In this document: positions 53,875 through 64,000 of the stretch, piece after piece
How positions within the stretch are numbered: the first letter of the stretch is position 1
How the letters are laid out: each line of letters begins with the position of its first letter
DNA from: Eledone cirrhosa
Taxonomy: Eukaryota
Length of the DNA: 64,000 nucleotides
Direction: 5' to 3'
Assembly: GCA_964016885.1 (NCBI GenBank)
Contig: CAXHJY010000589.1
Location: 124,001-188,000, forward strand
Translations under genes and position numbers: made by a program
The notes under the pieces: generated by a model
Database searches by the model: none
What the model was told of the DNA's origin: nothing
What the model saw: the letters and a program-made list of their open reading frames with translations, nothing else

Positions 53875-54085
53875 GGCCGCCCCACGACCCCGGCGGACAG
53901 AATAGAGAAGGCGTTTCCCCAGAGGATGGTGAGGGAGATGCGCTGGAAGAGTTATTCCAGCTCGCAAGGCTCACACCTGCGGCTAGCCAGCTCTGTGTCG
54001 ATGGTGGTGAGTAGGGAGGTAGCCCTAGGGCCAAGGACACCAGAAGCCTCCACTAATACCGCAGCTGTTAAAAAATATCGCCGAG
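53875..54085 (-). mobile_element. CRE-like non-LTR retrotransposon 3' fragment
   Basis: VEASGVLGPRATSLL...E*LFQRISLTILWGNAFSIL matches the E-x-x-G...QRIS-x-x-I-x-RGNA terminal motif of CRE-clade ORFs. Confidence 0.65.
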
Positions 54086-54736
54086 CAGGACCAACACCTT
54101 GTCACATGTGGTAGTACGGTAGAGTGTCGGACAACATGTTTTGTAGGATAGAATTACGGCCCTTTAGGTTCTGAGTTCAAATCCCACAGAGGTTAGCTTT
54201 GCCTTACATCCTTACATGGTCAATAAAATTAAGTACCAGTAACGAACTGGGGTCGATTCAATCGATTTTCCCTTTCCCTTCAAATTATTGGATTTGTGCC
54301 AAATGTAGAAACTATTCTATACCAAAGACGGCCAGTGGATTGGTAGTATGGTAGAGCGTCGGACAACATGTTTTGTGGGGCAGAGTTACGTCCCTTTACG
54401 TTCAAAGTTAAAATCCCACCTAGGTTAGCTTTGCTTTTCATCCTTACGGTGTCGATATAATAAAGCACCAGTAATGCATTGCGGTCGATTTAATCGACTT
54501 GTCCCTCTCACCAAATTGTTGGCCTTGTGCCCAAATAAGAAACTATCATATATCAAAGAGAAAGATTTTTTTGAGAAACTGGCGAAATTAATATTTCTAG
54601 TACTTTGCATATCTATAGGCAGATCATCGTTTATTTAGATGACAGAGCCGTTACTTCTCCGAATTCAGAGATCACAGCTCTGTAACTATGGAGATGTGGT
54701 TAGAATGTCCCATGAAAGAATTGCTGGACAGCAATG

Positions 54737-54787
<51 letters not shown>

Positions 54788-54790
<3 letters not shown>

Positions 54791-54976
54791 AACCAGTAAG
54801 ACCCCGACAGCTGAGCTCAAGCCGTTTCGACGGCTAATTCTAGACTCATTAGCCGTCGAAACGGCTTGAGCTCAGCTGTCGGGGTCTTACTGGTTCCTAT
54901 TACCCACTCTACTACCTCAAGTATTGAGTACTTTGGTGCGTTATGGTCCACCTGGTTCCTTACCACATTTCCTTCG

Positions 54977-54979
<3 letters not shown>
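54788..54979. mobile_element. Family G TA-inserted element (palindromic copy) carrying only the 3' half of a hammerhead
   Basis: Related pieces at 11841-11930, 25081-25170, 25703-25817, 28907-28980, 31512-31653, 41527-41725, 45781-45930 and 48943-49002. Motif GAAACGGCT(TGAGCTC)AGCTGTC-GGGGTC. Confidence 0.65.
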
Positions 54980-55011
<32 letters not shown>

Positions 55012-55139
55012 GAAGTTCTATTTAAATTGTTGGGATACAACAAGCAAATATTTTTATAACTGATATAAAGCACTCAACAATTATTGGAGTAAAAATACGA
55101 TATATTAACAAATGGAAACTATATTTATAAAACCATATT

Positions 55140-55204
55140 TATTTCATTATACATATTTCAAGGACACCAAGTTACATTATGGTGTGCTTTCATCAGATAA
55201 AATA
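55140..55204 (-). ncRNA. Type I hammerhead ribozyme (family A)
   Basis: Reverse complement nearly identical to 25558-25622. Confidence 0.78.
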
Positions 55205-55367
55205 TAATATAGAGCAGTTTTATAAATAAATATTGACATACCCTTAAAGAATGCGAGCATTTCTGTTGGAAGCTCCGGGAGCATATGTGTATATATATAT
55301 ACATGTATATATATATATATATATGTGTATATATATATATATGTGTATATATATATATATATGTGTG

Positions 55368-55398
<31 letters not shown>

Positions 55399-55773
55399 GT
55401 GTGTATATATATATATATGTATATATATGTATATATATGTATATATATATACGATATATTAACAAATGGAAACTATATTTATATATGTATTTATATATGT
55501 ATGTATATATATGTATATATATATATATATGTGTGTATATATATATATATGTATATATATATAAATATGTATATATATATATGTGTATATATATATATAT
55601 ATATGTGTATATATATATATATATATGTGTATATATATATATATATATGTGTATATATATATATATATGTGTATATATATATATATATGTGTATATATAT
55701 ATATATATATGTGTATATATATATATATATATGTGTATATATATATATATATATGTGTATATATATATATATA

Positions 55774-56016
<243 letters not shown>

Positions 56017-56017
56017 G

Positions 56018-56057
<40 letters not shown>

Positions 56058-56095
56058 TGTGTATATATATGTGTATATATATATATATGTGTATA

Positions 56096-57788
56096 TTTAA
56101 CTCACTCAATATGCAAATTAGGCTGCTCAGCCGTTAATTTTCATAAGGAAAGTATATACTTTCGAACGTTCAACTATCTGGCAGATGGGTAAACGGTGCT
56201 GATGATAGCTAACAAGCTTGAAACTAGTACATCGTTCCTGTGTCAGTGTTGAACAAAAAGGTGACGTGGTTGCCTTAACACCGTATGGCATAAATTCAGG
56301 CTGTTCAGTTTGTTTACAAACGAACAAAGCGACGTTAGCGCCGCTAAACTGATACGTGCATATATGTATGTGTACCTGTATGCATATGTATATATATATG
56401 TATATATATATATATGTGCATGCTACTGTACGTCTGTAAACATATATGTATGTACGTATACATGCATACTTACATTTAAGTAAGTGCCATACTAAGAGTG
56501 AGAAATGAAATTTCGTTTTCATTTTGTTTCAATTTATCGTTTTCGGTATGCCTGACCGATTTAACTCACTCAATATGCAAATTAGGCTGCTCAGCCGTTA
56601 ATTTTCATAAGGAAAGTATATACTTTCGAACGTTCAACTATCTGGCAGATGGGTAAACGGTGCTGATGATAGCTAACAAGCTTGAAACTAGTACATCGTT
56701 CCTGTGTCAGTGTTGAACAAAAAGGTGACGTGGTTGCCTTAACACCGTATGGCATAAATTCAGGCTGTTCAGTTTGTTTACAAACGAACAAAGCGACGTT
56801 AGCGCCGCTAAACTGATACGTGCATATATGTATGTGTACCTGTATGCATATGTATATATATATGTATATATATATATATATATGTGCATGCTACTGTACG
56901 TCTGTATACATATATGTATGTACGTATACATGCATACTTACATTTAAGTAAGTGCCATACTAAGAGTGAGAAATGAAATTTCGTTTTCATTTTGTTTCAA
57001 TTTATCGTTTTCGGTATGCCTGACCGATTTAACTCACTCAATATGCAAATTAGGCTGCTCAGCCGTTAATTTTCATAAGGAAAGTATATACTTTCGAACG
57101 TTCAACTATCTGGCAGATGGGTAAACGGTGCTGATGATAGCTAACAAGCTTGAAACTAGTACATCGTTCCTGTGTCAGTGTTGAACAAAAAGGTGACGTG
57201 GTTGCCTTAACACCGTATGGCATAAATTCAGGCTGTTCAGTTTGTTTACAAACGAACAAAGCGACGTTAGCGCCGCTAAACTGATACGTGCATATATGTA
57301 TGTGTACCTGTATGCATATGTATATATATATGTATATATATATATATATATGTGCATGCTACTGTACGTCTGTATACATATATGTATGTACGTATACATG
57401 CATACTTACATTTAAGTAAGTGCCATACTAAGAGTGAGAAATGAAATTTCGTTTTCATTTTGTTTCAATTTATCGTTTTCGGTATGCCTGACCGATTTAA
57501 CTCACTCAATATGCAAATTAGGCTGCTCAGCCGTTAATTTTCATAAGGAAAGTATATACTTTCGAACGTTCAACTATCTGGCAGATGGGTAAACGGTGCT
57601 GATGATAGCTAACAAGCTTGAAACTAGTACATCGTTCCTGTGTCAGTGTTGAACAAAAAGGTGACGTGGTTGCCTTAACACCGTATGGCATAAATTCAGG
57701 CTGTTCAGTTTGTTTACAAACGAACAAAGCGACGTTAGCGCCGCTAAACTGATACGTGCATATATGTATGTGTACCTGTATGCATATG

Positions 57789-57820
<32 letters not shown>

Positions 57821-60267
57821 TGTGCATGCTACTGTACGTCTGTATACATATATGTATGTACGTATACATGCATACTTACATTTAAGTAAGTGCCATACTA
57901 AGAGTGAGAAATGAAATTTCGTTTTCATTTTGTTTCAATTTATCGTTTTCGGTATGCCTGACCGATTTAACTCACTCAATATGCAAATTAGGCTGCTCAG
58001 CCGTTAATTTTCATAAGGAAAGTATATACTTTCGAACGTTCAACTATCTGGCAGATGGGTAAACGGTGCTGATGATAGCTAACAAGCTTGAAACTAGTAC
58101 ATCGTTCCTGTGTCAGTGTTGAACAAAAAGGTGACGTGGTTGCCTTAACACCGTATGGCATAAATTCAGGCTGTTCAGTTTGTTTACAACGAACAAAGCG
58201 ACGTTAGCGCCGCTAAACTGATACGTGCATATATGTATGTGTACCTGTATGCATATGTATATATATATATATATATATGTGCATGCTACTGTACGTCTGT
58301 ATACATATATGTATGTACGTATACATGCATACTTACATTTAAGTAAGTGCCATACTAAGAGTGAGAAATGAAATTTCGTTTTCATTTTGTTTCAATTTAT
58401 CGTTTTCGGTATGCCTGACCGATTTAACTCACTCAATATGCAAATTAGGCTGCTCAGCCGTTAATTTTCATAAGGAAAGTATATACTTTCGAACGTTCAA
58501 CTATCTGGCAGATGGGTAAACGGTGCTGATGATAGCTAACAAGCTTGAAACTAGTACATCGTTCCTGTGTCAGTGTTGAACAAAAAGGTGACGTGGTTGC
58601 CTTAACACCGTATGGCATAAATTCAGGCTGTTCAGTTTGTTTACAAACGAACAAAGCGACGTTAGCGCCGCTAAACTGATACGTGCATATATGTATGTGT
58701 ACCTGTATGCATATGTATATATATATGTATATATATATATATATATGTGCATGCTACTGTACGTCTGTATACATATATGTATGTACGTATACATGCATAC
58801 TTACATTTAAGTAAGTGCCATACTAAGAGTGAGAAATGAAATTTCGTTTTCATTTTGTTTCAATTTATCGTTTTCGTTATGCCTGACCGATTTAACTCAC
58901 TCAATATGCAAATTAGGCTGCTCAGCCGTTAATTTTCATAAGGAAAGTATATACTTTCGAACGTTCAACTATCTGGCAGATGGGTAAACGGTGCTGATGA
59001 TAGCTAACAAGCTTGAAACTAGTACATCGTTCCTGTGTCAGTGTTGAACAAAAAGGTGACGTGGTTGCCTTAACACCGTATGGCATAAATTCAGGCTGTT
59101 CAGTTTGTTTACAAACGAACAAAGCGACGTTAGCGCCGCTAAACTGATACGTGCATATATGTATGTGTACCTGTATGCATATGTATATATATATGTATAT
59201 ATATATATATATATGTGCATGCTACTGTACGTCTGTATACATATATGTATGTACGTATACATGCATACTTACATTTAAGTAAGTGCCATACTAAGAGTGA
59301 GAAATGAAATTTCGTTTTCATTTTGTTTTAATTTATCGTTTTCGGTATGCCTGACCGATTTAACTCACTCAATATGCAAATTAGGATGCTCAGCCGTTAA
59401 TTTTCATAAGGAAAGTATATACTTTCGAACGTTCAACTATCTGGCAGATGGGTAAACGGTGCTGATGATAGCTAACAAGCTTGAAACTAGTACATCGTTC
59501 CTGTGTCAGTGTTGAACAAAAAGGTGACGTGGTTGCCTTAACACCGTATGGCATAAATTCAGGCTGTTCAGTTTGTTTACAAACGAACAAAGCGACGTTA
59601 GCGCCGCTAAACTGATACGTGCATATATGTATGTGTACCTGTATGCATATGTATATATATATGTATATATATATATATATATGTGCATGCTACTGTACGT
59701 CTGTATACATATATGTATGTACGTATACATGCATACTTACATTTAAGTAAGTGCCATACTAAGAGTGAGAAATGAAATTTCGTTTTCATTTTGTTTCAAT
59801 TTATCGTTTTCGGTATGCCTGACCGATTTAACTCACTCAATATGCAAATTAGGCTGCTCAGCCGTTAATTTTCATAAGGAAAGTATATACTTTCGAACGT
59901 TCAACTATCTGGCAGATGGGTAAACGGTGCTGATGATAGCTAACAAGCTTGAAACTAGTACATCGTTCCTGTGTCAGTGTTGAACAAAAAGGTGACGTGG
60001 TTGCCTTAACACCGTATGGCATAAATTCAGGCTGTTCAGTTTGTTTACAAACGAACAAAGCGACGTTAGCGCCGCTAAACTGATACGTGCATATATGTAT
60101 GTGTACCTGTATGCATATGTATATATATATGTATATATATATATATATATGTGCATGCTACTGTACGTCTGTATACATATATGTATGTACGTATACATGC
60201 ATACTTACATTTAAGTAAGTGCCATACTAAGAGTGAGAAATGAAATTTCGTTTTCATTTTGTTTTAA
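56096..60267 (+). mobile_element. Tandem array of nine ~468-bp units, each with one hammerhead ribozyme (non-LTR retrozyme / PLE pLTR-like multimer), embedded in (TA)n
   Basis: Near-identical units that differ mostly in an internal TA tract (HHR spacing 457-470 bp). HHRs start at 56192, 56656, 57124, 57592, 58062, 58519, 58987, 59455 and 59923. There is no credible ORF. Confidence 0.88.
56192..56236 (+). ncRNA. Minimal type I hammerhead ribozyme (copy 1 of 9 in the array)
   Basis: AACGGTG-CTGATGA-TAGCT(AACA)AGCTT-GAA-ACTAGT-A-CATCGTT. Stem I is 7 bp with one G-U pair, stem II is AGCT/AGCT, stem III is the palindrome ACTAGT, and cleavage is predicted after GUA at 56229. Confidence 0.88.
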
Positions 60268-60269
60268 TG

Positions 60270-60303
<34 letters not shown>

Positions 60304-60365
60304 TGTGTATATATATATATATGTATATATATATATTTATATATATGTGTATATATATATATGTG

Positions 60366-60399
<34 letters not shown>

Positions 60400-60575
60400 T
60401 ATGTGTATATATATATATATATATGTGTATACATATATATATGTATATATATATGTGTATACATATATATATGTATATATATATATATATGTGTATATAT
60501 AAATATATGTATATATATATATATATATATGTGTATACATATATATATGTATATATATATATATATATATATGTG

Positions 60576-60609
<34 letters not shown>

Positions 60610-60629
60610 TGTGTATATATATATATATG

Positions 60630-60684
<55 letters not shown>

Positions 60685-60693
60685 ATACATATA

Positions 60694-60732
<39 letters not shown>

Positions 60733-60789
60733 ATACATATATATATGTATATATATATATATATATGTGTATATATATATATATATGTA

Positions 60790-61443
<654 letters not shown>

Positions 61444-61528
61444 GTGTATATATATATATATGTGTATATATATATATATGTGTATATATATATATATGTG
61501 TATATATATATATATGTGTATATATATA

Positions 61529-61614
<86 letters not shown>

Positions 61615-61804
61615 AGCGGTTGCTGGTCCGGCAGAAATTAGAATTTGGATTTAATGCTCTGAAATAGCGATATATATGTGAAGATAAACACAGAATATTC
61701 GAAAATATTCTGTATCTTTATAATAAACATTTTGAAGACCTAATCGCTATAGAATAGAATACATCACGTATTACAATTTGAGATTCTCGATAAAAGCAAG
61801 GGAA

Positions 61805-61847
61805 GTAACCTACGCGTTTCATTCTTATTAGAAATCATCAGGATTAC
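61805..61847 (-). ncRNA. Minimal type I hammerhead ribozyme (family D)
   Basis: Reverse complement of 61979-62021. Confidence 0.8.
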
Positions 61848-61978
61848 ATATCCAGTGCTTTTATCGAGAATTCTAATTTCTGCCGGACCGGCAACCGCTC
61901 TTTCAAACCAGTTCCTGTACACAGCTAAGTATTCTATAAGTCTCTAGCTGTGTCATTCTCGATAAAATCACTGGATAT

Positions 61979-62021
61979 GTAATCCTGATGATTTCTAATA
62001 AGAATGAAACGCGTAGGTTAC
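61979..62021 (+). ncRNA. Minimal type I hammerhead ribozyme (family D)
   Basis: GTAATC-CTGATGA-TTTCT(AATA)AGAAT-GAA-ACGCGT-A-GGTTAC; palindromic stem III; GUA triplet. Confidence 0.8.
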
Positions 62022-62182
62022 TTCCCTTGCTTTTATCGAGAATCTCAAATTGTAATACGTGATGTATTCTATTCTATAGCGATTAGGTCTTCAAAATGTT
62101 TATTATAAACATACAGAATATTTTCGAATATTCTGTGTTTATCTTCACATATATATCGCTATTTCAGAGCATTAAATCCAAA

Positions 62183-64000
<1,818 letters not shown>

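Larger units (their letters stand above)
61612..62182. mobile_element. Family D PLE-like complex inverted insertion in (TA)n
   Basis: Nested inverted arms (61645-61870 vs 61956-62182; 61612-61644 vs 61870-61902) with two HHRs. Confidence 0.78.

Noticed and set aside
56127-60257. Repeated 60-133 aa minus-strand ORFs in the 468-bp array
   Set aside because: No recognisable motifs, and frames shift with TA length between units; the conserved feature is the RNA structure.

Overview
AT-rich, microsatellite-saturated animal DNA. The SINE family and repeat landscape point to a coleoid cephalopod, probably an octopus; this is inference. The only host coding sequence I can support is one minus-strand exon (26609-26786) encoding the N-terminus and TM1 of an SLC6 Na+/Cl- dependent transporter of the taurine/creatine/GABA type. 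No later exon is visible in the 26 kb downstream. The rest is mobile DNA and tandem repeats: about 30 copies of one tRNA-derived SINE, other SINEs, RTE- and CRE-like LINE fragments, mariner/Tigger/hAT MITEs and many mini- and microsatellites. The striking feature is a dense set of type I hammerhead ribozymes (HHRs), which I folded by eye: about 25 with complete cores plus about 3 degenerate ones, from at least 8 unrelated sequence families. Nearly all sit in short elements inserted in (TA)n tracts, often as inverted pairs. They include a 9-copy tandem array of about 468-bp units with one HHR each (retrozyme-like, 56096-60267), and a decayed Penelope-like retroelement (RT + GIY-YIG, 42636-45745) that carries its own HHR in its 3' terminal region and is a plausible mobiliser. 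Ribozyme activity and expression are not demonstrated here.
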